Part shown: piece by piece, positions 28,983 to 39,194 of the stretch
Position numbering within the stretch: position 1 is the stretch's first letter
Layout: every line of letters begins with the position of its first letter
Origin: a virus
Reading direction: 5' to 3' (one strand)
DNA: 64,000 nt
Virus record (IMG/VR): IMGVR_UViG_3300033149_003715
Coordinates: 64,001 to 128,000 of that record
Translations under genes and position numbers: made by a program
The notes under the pieces: generated by a model
Told to the model about the DNA's origin: nothing
The model's input: only the letters and a program-made list of their open reading frames with translations
Database searches by the model: none

Positions 28983-29122
28983 ATCTTCTCTATTTGTACT
29001 GCATCTACAATTTCCGTTCCGTATTGTATTTTTCCATTTTTTAACGGTAATGGAACTCGAATTTTTGTAGGATCTAAATCAATAGGATCAATGATATACA
29101 TTTGTGAAACCTTTCTATTCAT
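28913..29122 (-). CDS. hypothetical protein
   Basis: CPHCCGTG motif. Confidence 0.45.
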   Translation of the reverse strand: MNRKVSQMYIIDPIDLDPTKIRVPLPLKNGKIQYGTEIVDAVQIEKICPHCCGTGKIKVKVPKKNMKEK

Positions 29123-30083
29123 ATGTATATGTCCAACATTTTTCGCAGGGAGTACCTGTCATATCACCTTTTAACATAGCAGCCCTCAAATCTTGATACT
29201 TTTGACTATGCCAAGCTCCCATGATACCAATTTCTTTTACATTACCCATATCAAAACTGTGATCGTGATTAAAACAACATCCAGCAGCGATATTATCGTA
29301 AGTAATACGTAACTCAGAAAATAATGCAAAACAATAACCTTGCTGATTGTTGTTTTGTACTCCATATCGTCCAAAATTACCTTTTACTGGTTTTTTACCC
29401 ATTAATTCTAAATCTTCAATTGCCATACCACCAGAAGAATATAATGGAAGATAATACATTTCATCAACATATGGTGCAATTTCTTTTAATGCTTTTTCCA
29501 TTTTCTCAAATTGTTCGTCGTCATATTTTACACTAGATGCAAATAATCCGCACGAGTAATTATGTTCTTGGCGAAGATAGTATGCGTCCTTAATATTACG
29601 AATAATGGTATGAAAATGTTTTTTATTAACACCAGTTATTTCTTCGTATTGATTTTCATCTGCATAATTAAAACTCCATTTGAGACTATCCAAACCAGCA
29701 TCCATGCATTGTTTTACTTTCTCTTTATTAGCTTCTTTTCCATTGGTTGTTAAAAATACATATTCAATGCCAGCATCTTTGGCATATTTGATGGCTTGTG
29801 GTAATCGTTTATCTAGCATTGATTCCCCGAGATAGAACATACCTGCTTCTTTAATTCCCAAATCCACCATTTCATTAATGATTGATTTGTAGTCGTCAAA
29901 GTTCATATATCCAGGTTTTCTAAGATTTTGGGCAACACCACAATATTTACATTTGTGAGAACAAATTCCACCAACTAATTCAATTTTGATACTTTTTGGT
30001 GGTGGTGGTTTTAAGCACAATCGTTCTGGTGAAACTTGTGTAACTTGATCTACTTTATCTGTAATTGTAAACTTTTTTGTCAT
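29115..30083 (-). CDS. radical SAM / SPASM(twitch) domain protein
   Basis: CSHKCKYC, GES, LTTNG, C-terminal C...CC...GN....W.S..C..C. Confidence 0.88.
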   Translation of the reverse strand: MTKKFTITDKVDQVTQVSPERLCLKPPPPKSIKIELVGGICSHKCKYCGVAQNLRKPGYMNFDDYKSIINEMVDLGIKEAGMFYLGESMLDKRLPQAIKYAKDAGIEYVFLTTNGKEANKEKVKQCMDAGLDSLKWSFNYADENQYEEITGVNKKHFHTIIRNIKDAYYLRQEHNYSCGLFASSVKYDDEQFEKMEKALKEIAPYVDEMYYLPLYSSGGMAIEDLELMGKKPVKGNFGRYGVQNNNQQGYCFALFSELRITYDNIAAGCCFNHDHSFDMGNVKEIGIMGAWHSQKYQDLRAAMLKGDMTGTPCEKCWTYTYE

Positions 30084-30108
30084 TTTCAAAGTCCTTTTGT
30101 TGGTATAG

Positions 30109-30933
30109 TTATTGCCATTTATTAACCATGCTATCTCTTTCACTTTGACTAAAACTGCTATCAATGGGCAATCCTCTATGTAGACGCGACCTCATATCTA
30201 CAACTTTGCTACAAAGTGTATTATATACAGTACCACATATGTTCGTATCATATTGAGCAATAGCTGATGTTTTAATGCCGAGACTTCTTCCTTCATCAAA
30301 AGCATTAATATCGGCACCTAAAAATTGAAAATGCCAATTATACTTATTCTGTTGATGTTCAATCATTTCTTTAACTTGTGTTTTTGTAAACTCTATACTG
30401 CTATTTTCGTGACCATCCGTAACTATAATAAAGATAACACATCCAGGTTTTTGGTTTTCTTCTAATTTATCTAAACGTAAACCAACTTCATTAATTGTTC
30501 GCCCTACAGCATCTAAAAGAGCAGTACAACCCCGTGGTACTAACTTATATGATCCCACATCTTGAATTGGTGTTCCATTATATAAAAAATTATACTTTGT
30601 ATCAAATTCTACCAAGGTAAAATTAGCATTTCCAATAGCTTCTTTTTGTTTTTGTATAAATGTGTTAATTCCACCTTCTGCATCAGATTGACATGATACC
30701 ATAGAACCACTTCTATCTACTACTAATGTAATATCTGTTAAATCTTTTCTCATTATAAATATCTTTCTATTATCATTTTGAACTTGAATTGGTGTTCCAT
30801 TATATAAAAAATTATATTTTGTACCAAATTCTACCAAAGTAAAATTAGCATTTCCAATAGCTTCTTTTTGTTTTTGTATAAATGTGTTAATTCCACTTTC
30901 TGCAAATGTAATATCTGTTAAATCTTTTCTCAT
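30109..30933 (-). CDS. von Willebrand A domain protein with duplicated N-terminus
   Basis: MIDAS DRSGSM, TALLDA, TDGHENSS; ancestral start at 30753. Confidence 0.85.
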   Translation of the reverse strand: MRKDLTDITFAESGINTFIQKQKEAIGNANFTLVEFGTKYNFLYNGTPIQVQNDNRKIFIMRKDLTDITLVVDRSGSMVSCQSDAEGGINTFIQKQKEAIGNANFTLVEFDTKYNFLYNGTPIQDVGSYKLVPRGCTALLDAVGRTINEVGLRLDKLEENQKPGCVIFIIVTDGHENSSIEFTKTQVKEMIEHQQNKYNWHFQFLGADINAFDEGRSLGIKTSAIAQYDTNICGTVYNTLCSKVVDMRSRLHRGLPIDSSFSQSERDSMVNKWQ

Positions 30934-30959
30934 TATAAATATCTTTCTATTATCATTTT
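30561..30959. repeat. tandem partial duplication (30561..30779 and 30783..30959)
   Basis: near-identical copies with 4 substitutions; second copy lacks the 42 nt at 30683..30724. Confidence 0.9.
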
Positions 30960-30962
30960 ATA

Positions 30963-31643
30963 TCAAATGTTTTTAATATATTCTTCTAATCGACAAATTT
31001 TTCCTTTGTTGATTAAATTATCTGTAAATTGTTTTTCTAAATCTCCGCGATGATATTGATGATCTTTTGGTTTGGTGGGAAAATAATGCAAAATTTGACC
31101 AGATTGTGATGGTACCAAATGGTCAAAGCCGTGAATTACTATTGGTTCACTTACTATAATACCATAATACACATTGTTGGTCAAGGTCAAATCCCCATTT
31201 TGGCCACTATTTTCCAAGCTAAAATCACTACTGAATTGATGAACAAAGTAATCAATCGCCAAGATTCCTTGGCTACACCATTCCTTCATTGGTTGATTCA
31301 GGCCAAGTTTTTCTCCTGTTACCTTGGTGACATCAGGTGGTAGTACTTTACAAATATCGCCGTAGACTCCTAATACATATTTGACTACTGTTGACATCCA
31401 TGGTGTCCACTTACAATATGTCATTGCACACACTATAAGTTTAAACCATTCTTTAGGATGCCATATTACATCATCACACGCTCGACGAAATAGAATATCT
31501 GTTTTTGTACCAATATATTTTTCGTAACCTTTAATTTGAAAATTATTGAATCGTATAACGATATCAAATTTATTAATGTATTGTCCAAGTTCTTGATTAA
31601 ATACTGATGGACCATTACCAACTAAAATCATTGTTTGTTGCAT
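30963..31643 (-). CDS. GT29-like sialyl/Kdo-transferase
   Basis: sialylmotif-L-like ILVGNGPS...I..FDIVIRFNN...GYEKYIGTKT; SQG, HGFD, HY, H..E motifs. Confidence 0.75.
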   Translation of the reverse strand: MQQTMILVGNGPSVFNQELGQYINKFDIVIRFNNFQIKGYEKYIGTKTDILFRRACDDVIWHPKEWFKLIVCAMTYCKWTPWMSTVVKYVLGVYGDICKVLPPDVTKVTGEKLGLNQPMKEWCSQGILAIDYFVHQFSSDFSLENSGQNGDLTLTNNVYYGIIVSEPIVIHGFDHLVPSQSGQILHYFPTKPKDHQYHRGDLEKQFTDNLINKGKICRLEEYIKNI

Positions 31644-31645
31644 TA

Positions 31646-32242
31646 TTATTCTTTTTCGAATTTATAATTGAAATACACAATATCTGTATTAAAATAATCT
31701 TTCACTATTTGTCGAATTTGATTATTATAATATGTAGAATAATGTTTGTGATTTGTTTTTAACAAATGTGGTAATTTATGAAATTTTTCTTCAAGTTTTA
31801 AAATGGTGCATAAATTTAACCGATCTTGCTGTAAATTTTCAAATCGTAAAATATGGTTAACGATGATCTGCCCAATAGGCTTGTTATTGTTAGTTAAATA
31901 ACACAATTGTGGTATACGACATATATGTGGTACATCTTTAATGTTTCTTTTGTTTTTACATACTAAATTCACAAATTGCTCAAATGATATTTTTTTAGCA
32001 ATTACATTTGTTTGAATACAATATTTGTAAGCTGATACCATACGATCATATGGGTTTCTAACTACTGAAAATGATACAAAATCATGCCAATTAATTTTAT
32101 TTTGTAAATCAGATGCAGAAATATGTTTATTTAATTTAATGAACTTGTTATCATTTGTAGGAAAAAAAGATTTAATACTAGTACCGCCAGTTTTTGGTAT
32201 ATGTATTTGTACAAACCTATAATTTTTATTTACAATAACCAT
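31646..32242 (-). CDS. sulfotransferase family 2 protein
   Basis: PAPS-binding HIPKTGGTS and RNPYDRMVS.Y. Confidence 0.88.
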   Translation of the reverse strand: MVIVNKNYRFVQIHIPKTGGTSIKSFFPTNDNKFIKLNKHISASDLQNKINWHDFVSFSVVRNPYDRMVSAYKYCIQTNVIAKKISFEQFVNLVCKNKRNIKDVPHICRIPQLCYLTNNNKPIGQIIVNHILRFENLQQDRLNLCTILKLEEKFHKLPHLLKTNHKHYSTYYNNQIRQIVKDYFNTDIVYFNYKFEKE

Positions 32243-32984
32243 CAACAAATCTATCGTAATCTTTTTGACAATCAATATTTAAAGATTTCGTAGTTTGTAT
32301 TGATTGAATTAAAAATCTATTTTCCAACCACCATAATTGTTCTAATTTCTCGGTTGTGTTATGGAAAGAATTCATAATTGATTCTGATCCATAAATAAGA
32401 TCCAACATATGCGAACTCATAGCATAAACACCAACATTGATATTAAGTGTTTTCGATTTCCATGGAATAGGATATCTTGAATAATATATGGCAAAATCAA
32501 ATTGATTCAATACTACTTTGGTACGATTATAATTTGGCATATCTAATTCAGTATTTGGCACAACATAGTGCATAGCAGCAATGCTAGGAATACCATCTTT
32601 AAGTATTTTTGATAATGGTAAAAGATTTACATTTGGGGCATCCCCTTGTACATTGATATAAAAACCTTTACCAATTTGTTGACTAGCTAAATAAGTTCTT
32701 TCAACACCACATGAAGCTTGACCAGTTGATATTGTGGATGCACCAAATTTTTTACATACTTGTTCAATTTTTGGAGAATCCGTAGCAATATATACGTCAT
32801 TAATTCGACAGTTACATGGCAATAACTTATTGAGTTTATTTTTGTTTTCAATTACATTTTCCCATGTATGTTGAATTAAAGGTTTACCAGTTTTATCTAG
32901 CAACATCTTGTTTGGTAAACGACTACTATTTAATCGTGCCGGAATTACAATATAATTATTCATTCTATATGGCTTGGTTGACAA
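32226..32984 (-). CDS. kdsB: CMP-Kdo synthetase (3-deoxy-manno-octulosonate cytidylyltransferase)
   Basis: IPARL.SSRLPNKML, ATD, INVQGD, KVV, YYSR.PIP, EKLEQL. Confidence 0.85.
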   Translation of the reverse strand: MSTKPYRMNNYIVIPARLNSSRLPNKMLLDKTGKPLIQHTWENVIENKNKLNKLLPCNCRINDVYIATDSPKIEQVCKKFGASTISTGQASCGVERTYLASQQIGKGFYINVQGDAPNVNLLPLSKILKDGIPSIAAMHYVVPNTELDMPNYNRTKVVLNQFDFAIYYSRYPIPWKSKTLNINVGVYAMSSHMLDLIYGSESIMNSFHNTTEKLEQLWWLENRFLIQSIQTTKSLNIDCQKDYDRFVDGYCK

Positions 32985-33430
32985 GTGATTGTTTTACCAG
33001 AAATATTTGACGGATTTGGTGGAAGATCAATCTTAATTATATTATCTTCCGTATTGGTATTATTGTTTGTTATACCACCACTAGTAACACGTTGAATATC
33101 TTTAGGATTCAACTCATCAATCCAATAAATTTCCAAACATAATGTATCCTGCAAAGCTTCAAATTTGTGTTTAATATTTGGTGGAACGTCACTAGTCATA
33201 CCATCTGTCAATATTGTTACATCTTCGCCATATTTTTTGTATAAAGTAATCTTTAGTTTGCCACTGATTACGTGAAACCTATTCCATTTATATAGATGAC
33301 TATGCTGTGAACAATATCCACCAGCTTTTGCGTTAATGATATGTGTTTCAGAAAAAGGTCCAACATAAACGCATCTAGTTGTACCCCATACTTTACCATT
33401 TTCGCTACCACATAAAGTTTTATGTCCCAT
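32960..33430 (-). CDS. cupin-fold protein (sugar isomerase-like)
   Basis: KVWG, CS.HSH..K.N.F.V.SG, P....HKF.AL, E.Y. Confidence 0.75.
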   Translation of the reverse strand: MGHKTLCGSENGKVWGTTRCVYVGPFSETHIINAKAGGYCSQHSHLYKWNRFHVISGKLKITLYKKYGEDVTILTDGMTSDVPPNIKHKFEALQDTLCLEIYWIDELNPKDIQRVTSGGITNNNTNTEDNIIKIDLPPNPSNISGKTITCQPSHIE

Positions 33431-33439
33431 ATTATACCT

Positions 33440-34842
33440 TCAATATTTTACATATACTCCATATTTTTTAGCCCAAACCCTAAAATAAATACAAACGGCT
33501 TGAGTTTTAAAGTTGTGTGTAAATAATGATTTCATTAATGCTTTACTTTCTGGATGATAATTAAGAAAGCTTTCTGGTACACGAGTGATACCTTCTAAAA
33601 ATAATTGGTTGTTAATATGGTCATTACCAAGTACATCAGGACACCATGATAACATATATTCTAATGTTGTAGATAATTGTTTTTTAGATAAGGATGGATA
33701 ATAAATATTTTCTAATTCAATCCATTGTAATAAGTAATGTGATAATTTTGTTTGCGGCTTAATGCGTAAATGTCTAACATACCCTATAAAGATTTCATCT
33801 CAACCATCACCAGCTAAAGTAACAATTACTCCATTTTTGTGATGGGTTCACTAAAAATCTTAGTAGTTTTTTCTAAATTATTTATAAAATCATCCAAAGA
33901 AATATTAAGTTCATGGTGTTTGGTATTATACAAGTTGGTCAATTTTTTAGCTGTTAATGCATCATCATTATATCGTTTGTTGTGCTTATCGTTATATTTG
34001 AAACTGGTAGTAAACGTATTGATATTTTTATGATATTTTGATGCTTCGTGTAATATTATAGACGAATCTAATCCTCCGCTAAGAAATAAACCTATCTTGC
34101 GTTTACCCATTAAGCATTTTTTGGTTGTTTTACTAATATAATCTTGTAATTCTTCTGGATGATATTCTACATCAATTAATTGTTTATGCAGATGTAAATC
34201 TTCAATAATTCTTTTACTTTTTAAGTCAAATACCAAAACTTGACCGGGATATAATTTTTGAACATATTTGAAGCACGTTTTAGGTCCCGGTACAAATCCA
34301 AAATATGAATATAAACTAAATGCAAACTTATCAAGTTGTGTATCAATGTCACACGCCATTAATGAATCAACACTAGATGAAAACGCTATTTTATTGCGTG
34401 TTGTATAATATAAAGGCTTAACACCGGATTGGTCTCGTGCTAATGACAATGTATTTTTATTCTTGTCGTACCATGCTATAGCAAACATTCCATCTAATTT
34501 ATATAAAAATTCCTTACCGTATAATTTTAATCCAGTTGCCAAAATTTCTGTATCGGATTCTGTCTGAAAAATACATCCTTGATTTTCTAGTTCGATTTTT
34601 AAATCAAGATAATTATATATTTCACCATTATATGATAATACGTGTGTATTTTTGTTTGTTTTAATGGTCCACGGCTGTTTTGATATATTAGCATCATCTG
34701 TAATAGCTAATAAATTATGTCCAATACTTATATTCTCATCGCAATAAGTACCGTTATTATCAGGCCCTCTGTATTTAGAAGCCTTCATTATTTTAGTTAA
34801 TATTTTTGGTTGATAACCAATAATACCGTAGATACCACACAT
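33440..34842 (-). pseudogene. asnB: asparagine synthase (glutamine-hydrolysing)-like amidotransferase, disrupted
   Basis: MCGI, RGPD, NGEIYN, SDTE, LSGGLDSS in 33826..34842; continuation VTLAGDG*DEIFIGY in another frame with TGA at 33800..33802. Confidence 0.8.
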
Positions 34843-35735
34843 TATTTTTTATATTTTTGTGGATTATAATGGATGCCTTTAAAATGTCGAATATAATTTC
34901 TCAATATTCCATTTTCTACAACATTCATGGATTGTGTTTGAGTATTTACCATGTCTTTAAATTTGATGGTTTTTACTTCTTCTAGTAATTTTTGTAATAT
35001 AAAGCTATCATCCCACCGACGATACTGTTTAAATTGATTTGTAAAATAGATGTTTATAAGTTGTCTAAGGAAACGGGTTCCGTTTTGATTGCGAAATCCA
35101 ATAAATCCTGATTCTACACCATACTGTTGTTTTTTTCTATATTCACCCAAATGACCAAAAACATCATATTGATCAAAAGTGTCATTAATTAATTGTTGTG
35201 TAATTTGTTTTTTGAAAAGAATATCGGAATCAACAAAAATAATAGTAGTGTATATGTTGGTAAACTGTAACGCCAAATGAAGAGCAACAATTTTTTTGAA
35301 CCACAATAGTACTTTTTGATTAAAATTTGTTTCATTAGCATCAAATGCTTTAAATGGACAATCTTTTACATGAATAATTTTCTTGATTGTGGTAATTTTT
35401 AATGCTTTAAATTTTTTAGTTGGTTTTTTTACTTTAACAAACTTTTTCTTTCGTATAATTTTACATTTACAATCTTCTATATTGCCTCCATATTGTTTTG
35501 GAATAATATCTTTGTTATCTTGGAACCATTTTGTTAATTCTGGTACATTATTCAAATTATGATAATAAAACTGTTGTGTATTAGATGTTGGTAGTTCATG
35601 TATAATACCATCTTCATACACAATCAACATATCACCTTCTATTTGTTTAGTAATAAAAGATGACAACATATTTTTACCAGTAAGATTAAATAATCTCTTA
35701 TTAAAAGATGTTACATATAAAATGTTATATTTCAT
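34842..35735 (-). CDS. GT-A-like glycosyltransferase
   Basis: VTSFN, WF.KI, DSD (DxD), ESGF, WDD, HFKG; paralog of 39195..40046. Confidence 0.7.
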   Translation of the reverse strand: MKYNILYVTSFNKRLFNLTGKNMLSSFITKQIEGDMLIVYEDGIIHELPTSNTQQFYYHNLNNVPELTKWFQDNKDIIPKQYGGNIEDCKCKIIRKKKFVKVKKPTKKFKALKITTIKKIIHVKDCPFKAFDANETNFNQKVLLWFKKIVALHLALQFTNIYTTIIFVDSDILFKKQITQQLINDTFDQYDVFGHLGEYRKKQQYGVESGFIGFRNQNGTRFLRQLINIYFTNQFKQYRRWDDSFILQKLLEEVKTIKFKDMVNTQTQSMNVVENGILRNYIRHFKGIHYNPQKYKK

Positions 35736-35737
35736 AG

Positions 35738-36376
35738 TTAATTTTGTGTTAATGTAACTTTTACTACCTGAACTTTAATTAGAATTTTGTTGCTAGTGTA
35801 TATATTATCAATGGGTAACAAATTTGTAACATGATATCGTGGATTTGTTTTCAAATAGTCTATTAATACATGGCACCCTACATGTTTATGATTTAAATAA
35901 TAATCGTCAAATAAAACTACAGTATTTGAATGTAAAAATTTTTTAACATTATTCCAATCTTGAGTTATTGTATCAACAGAATGTCCACCATCTATAAAAA
36001 TAAAATCAATAGGTTTATTAGGTACAAATTTTAGTAAAGTGTTTTTCGTATTTCCTTTTATTAATTGATATTCACACTTACATTCATCTAATATTCGACA
36101 TACTTGTTGATATGTCGGTTCAAGTTTTTTACCATGAAATTCATATTCTCGAATTTCTGGTGTTATTTCCTCAAATAAATCAAACCCATAATAAAAAACG
36201 TTATCATTAAATTGTTTAGCTAGTTTTGTCATTTTTATTGCGTTAACACCATTGTATGTTCCAATTTCTAAAATAGTTTTTGGTCTATATTCTTTAATAA
36301 GAAGAAAAATATTATTATAACGTTGTGCTTTTTTTTTATTCTGTTTCTTCATTAATCTCTTTCCACGCCTGACCAC
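35738..36376 (-). CDS. class I SAM methyltransferase (Methyltransf_24-like)
   Basis: ILEIGT..G, GFDLF, FIFIDGGHS, VLFDDY. Confidence 0.88.
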   Translation of the reverse strand: MVRRGKRLMKKQNKKKAQRYNNIFLLIKEYRPKTILEIGTYNGVNAIKMTKLAKQFNDNVFYYGFDLFEEITPEIREYEFHGKKLEPTYQQVCRILDECKCEYQLIKGNTKNTLLKFVPNKPIDFIFIDGGHSVDTITQDWNNVKKFLHSNTVVLFDDYYLNHKHVGCHVLIDYLKTNPRYHVTNLLPIDNIYTSNKILIKVQVVKVTLTQN

Positions 36377-37112
36377 TTTTCATTTCTGATACCGTCCATT
36401 GGTAGTGAACCAAATCCTTCAAAAAATCTCTTTCATATATAGGACTTTCTATATTATCTCGAATGGTGCCGATTTTCCTCATCGGGGAAGTAGTAATTAC
36501 TGGTATTCCAGCAATTAATGCATCAACTTGTGCGTTTGAATGATCGGTTACCAACGTCCATGCATTTGGTAAAACATCTTGTAATTTTATACTGCCACAC
36601 TTAGTACATATAATAATTTTTCTATCTGAATATTTTTTAATTTCTGCAATTGTATCTTTTAACCATTGATCAGGGTTTAATCCTAAAAATTTTGACATAG
36701 GAGCAATATTATTTTTATGTGGAAGAGTAGTTGGTGGTGCTATAATAATATGACTACCGTGTTTTTTCCAAGGTTGTAATGGTCTATTAAATTTTTCAAA
36801 TTTCTCCCACGAATGATCTCTACGTATATTTTTTATATCATGTAGTATACTATTATATACTATACGGTAATAACCGTTAAATAAAGCTGGCGATCCTTTT
36901 CCTAAATATCCATGATCTATATACAGAAAATCTTTAGCTTCTTTAAGATATTTAGCAGTACCATACATTACACCTAATGTACAAATAAATTTACCAGCAG
37001 CACTTTTTGGATTTTTCTCTACTTTTGCTCCACAGCCCTGTGCAAAAGCATTACCAATAACTTCAGTTTTATGTTGATTAACTGTTATTACTATAGGCGT
37101 TTGATATTTCAT
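36336..37112 (-). CDS. capsule-synthesis (KpsC/KpsS-like) glycosyltransferase
   Basis: D.GY, HSNA.VDALIAGIPV, QW...E...G..W; one of four paralogs. Confidence 0.65.
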   Translation of the reverse strand: MKYQTPIVITVNQHKTEVIGNAFAQGCGAKVEKNPKSAAGKFICTLGVMYGTAKYLKEAKDFLYIDHGYLGKGSPALFNGYYRIVYNSILHDIKNIRRDHSWEKFEKFNRPLQPWKKHGSHIIIAPPTTLPHKNNIAPMSKFLGLNPDQWLKDTIAEIKKYSDRKIIICTKCGSIKLQDVLPNAWTLVTDHSNAQVDALIAGIPVITTSPMRKIGTIRDNIESPIYERDFLKDLVHYQWTVSEMKSGQAWKEINEETE

Positions 37113-37137
37113 TACTAGATATCTTGTAAATCATTTG

Positions 37138-37166
37138 TGTATAATACATCCAAATCTTTTAGTCAA
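37138..37166 (-). promoter_or_regulatory. sigma70-like promoter
   Basis: TTGACT-17 nt-TATACA on minus strand. Confidence 0.55.
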
Positions 37167-37329
37167 GATTTCCATAAACCTATTGTTTAAGTAATACTCC
37201 TCCAAATTCTTGCAATGAACCACCATGTTTAGTTTTTATTTCCATATAGATATTACACGGATCCTGTTAAACAATAAAACTTTTTACAATATTAATTTCC
37301 CACTTTGTCAATGCAAACTGCGATACTCA

Positions 37330-38238
37330 TCATCTATCATTTAGTAAGCAAGTTGTAAAATATTCCCAATAATCTCCTTGTGATAATTCATATAGTGACC
37401 AATGTGAATACGCTATATCATTTAACCATTGCTGTCTATCCATAGAACGTGGACTATTAACAGTGTCTACAATACTTTTTTGTGACATTGGAAACGACAG
37501 GCAATTAGGGTTAAGAGTATATATTGAAACCCCTTCCATAACAGCCTGAAAAGCTAATTTAGAACTAACCGTTATTAGACTTTGTGTTAAAGATAAGTCA
37601 TCAATACTATCAGAAACTATAATATCATTAAATATATCTAAACTTAAATCTTCTCCCAAACGCCCCCATCTTGGTCTTCCAGGATGTAATTTAACTAAAA
37701 TAGGTAGCTTTGTATGTGTTTGAATAATCTTGCAAGTACGGATAAACCATTTTTTCCAGGATTTCCTGTCTTTAATGTTATGACCAAGACCTTCTGGTCT
37801 AAATTGTTCTGGAATTAGAATATAATCACCGTTTTCATGCTGTGTTTTTAGTTTAATATTAAATTTACGTAATCTATCGTTGGGTTGATTACGAATATAA
37901 AAATGCGTTTGATAGTCCCTATCTAGTAAATCAGCAAATATATAAATGGATTTGGGATCATTTTGTGGTGATGTTTTCTTTTCTCTATTAAAAAAATCTA
38001 CAATACCAGATTCATCAAACAATGGAGATTTAATGGTTAAAAATAATCCGTTACATTGTTTTTGTGACTGAATGATTTGTTGTGCTTTATTATTAAAGGT
38101 AAATGAAACTATTAAATCATATTTTTCCTTTACGTTGAAAAGTTTATACTTCTGATTATGTTTGTTTAATCCATTACAAAAATGATAACAAAAATTGTCA
38201 AGTACTTTTGTGGGTTTTCTAAGTATACCTATTTTCAT
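37330..38238 (-). CDS. capsule-synthesis (KpsC/KpsS-like) glycosyltransferase
   Basis: ILI..Q, VKLHP, SS..A..A..EG, R.QWL..IAY.HW...E...G..W. Confidence 0.65.
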   Translation of the reverse strand: MKIGILRKPTKVLDNFCYHFCNGLNKHNQKYKLFNVKEKYDLIVSFTFNNKAQQIIQSQKQCNGLFLTIKSPLFDESGIVDFFNREKKTSPQNDPKSIYIFADLLDRDYQTHFYIRNQPNDRLRKFNIKLKTQHENGDYILIPEQFRPEGLGHNIKDRKSWKKWFIRTCKIIQTHTKLPILVKLHPGRPRWGRLGEDLSLDIFNDIIVSDSIDDLSLTQSLITVSSKLAFQAVMEGVSIYTLNPNCLSFPMSQKSIVDTVNSPRSMDRQQWLNDIAYSHWSLYELSQGDYWEYFTTCLLNDR

Positions 38239-38318
38239 ATTGAACCTCCAAATTAAGCAATTTCTAAGTTTAAGAGTTTTTAAGTTTTACGATACTAGCA
38301 AAAAATTTTTTGTCAAAA

Positions 38319-39194
38319 TTACATATCACTTATGCCTTTTCTTAGATGGTCCCATGTTTCACCAGATTTCAATTCTTCTAAATTCCATTGTGTGTATGCC
38401 AAGTTATATACCCATTGTTGTCGAAATTCAATTGGAGGTGGTTGTACATCATCAATATGTTCTAAGTCTTTAGTGCAAATATCCCATACCATTGATCCTT
38501 CATCGTAGGCGTATACTGGTATATTATGTAACAATGAGTCTACGCCAGTATTAGAATTAAAAGTAACTGTACACCACGTATTAGATAAATCAGCCACCAA
38601 GTCTTTATTTTGTGATGTTGGCACTCCTTTTATTTTTTTAAATATATTTTTACCACTAGGATGTGGTCTGAATATAATTTTACGTTTTGTGTATTTTTGT
38701 AGTTTTTTGACTGTGTTATGACACCACTTTATAAAATCAATATGTTGTACAGATGAATCCCAAGGAATTTGTCCGCATAACAAAATATTATCACCGCGTT
38801 TTGCCGACCAATCTTCTAATGCTATACCAAGTTTATTCCATCTATCCGGAGGACTATTATCATTTAGAAAATTTGCACGATTGTTTAGTCCCCCCCAGCC
38901 AACCATGTAATATCTATCTCTATGTAAAAATCCTCGTTCAACAACAATGTTTGATTTGCCATCGAAGGGTTTTTGTAAATGCTTATAATGTTGTGTAATT
39001 AATCTTTCAGTTAGTTTACCTCTAAAAGACACTTTTTTAAGAATACCAAAAGTAACTAATATGTCACATGGTTGATAGCGACTATGTATATTGTGGCATT
39101 GTACTTTAACATTATATTTAGAAATACCTTTAGCAAATCCATAAATAATTGGTTTGTGATATTTATTATTTATAGTATACAATCTAACTAACAT
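38319..39194 (-). CDS. capsule-synthesis (KpsC/KpsS-like) glycosyltransferase
   Basis: ERGF, GQ.PWDSS, FRPHP, NSNTGVDSLL..IPV, LAYTQW...E...G..W. Confidence 0.72.
   Translation of the reverse strand: MLVRLYTINNKYHKPIIYGFAKGISKYNVKVQCHNIHSRYQPCDILVTFGILKKVSFRGKLTERLITQHYKHLQKPFDGKSNIVVERGFLHRDRYYMVGWGGLNNRANFLNDNSPPDRWNKLGIALEDWSAKRGDNILLCGQIPWDSSVQHIDFIKWCHNTVKKLQKYTKRKIIFRPHPSGKNIFKKIKGVPTSQNKDLVADLSNTWCTVTFNSNTGVDSLLHNIPVYAYDEGSMVWDICTKDLEHIDDVQPPPIEFRQQWVYNLAYTQWNLEELKSGETWDHLRKGISDM

Noticed and set aside
33800-33802. Stop-codon recoding (in-frame TGA in asnB, TAG in the 58753 relic)
   Set aside because: Both loci also have frameshifts, and TGA/TAG terminate many intact genes with tight ATGA overlaps, so the standard code fits.
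37167-37330. Possible relic of a fifth capsule-GT paralog
   Set aside because: Only weak N-terminal resemblance with multiple stops; cannot be supported by eye.
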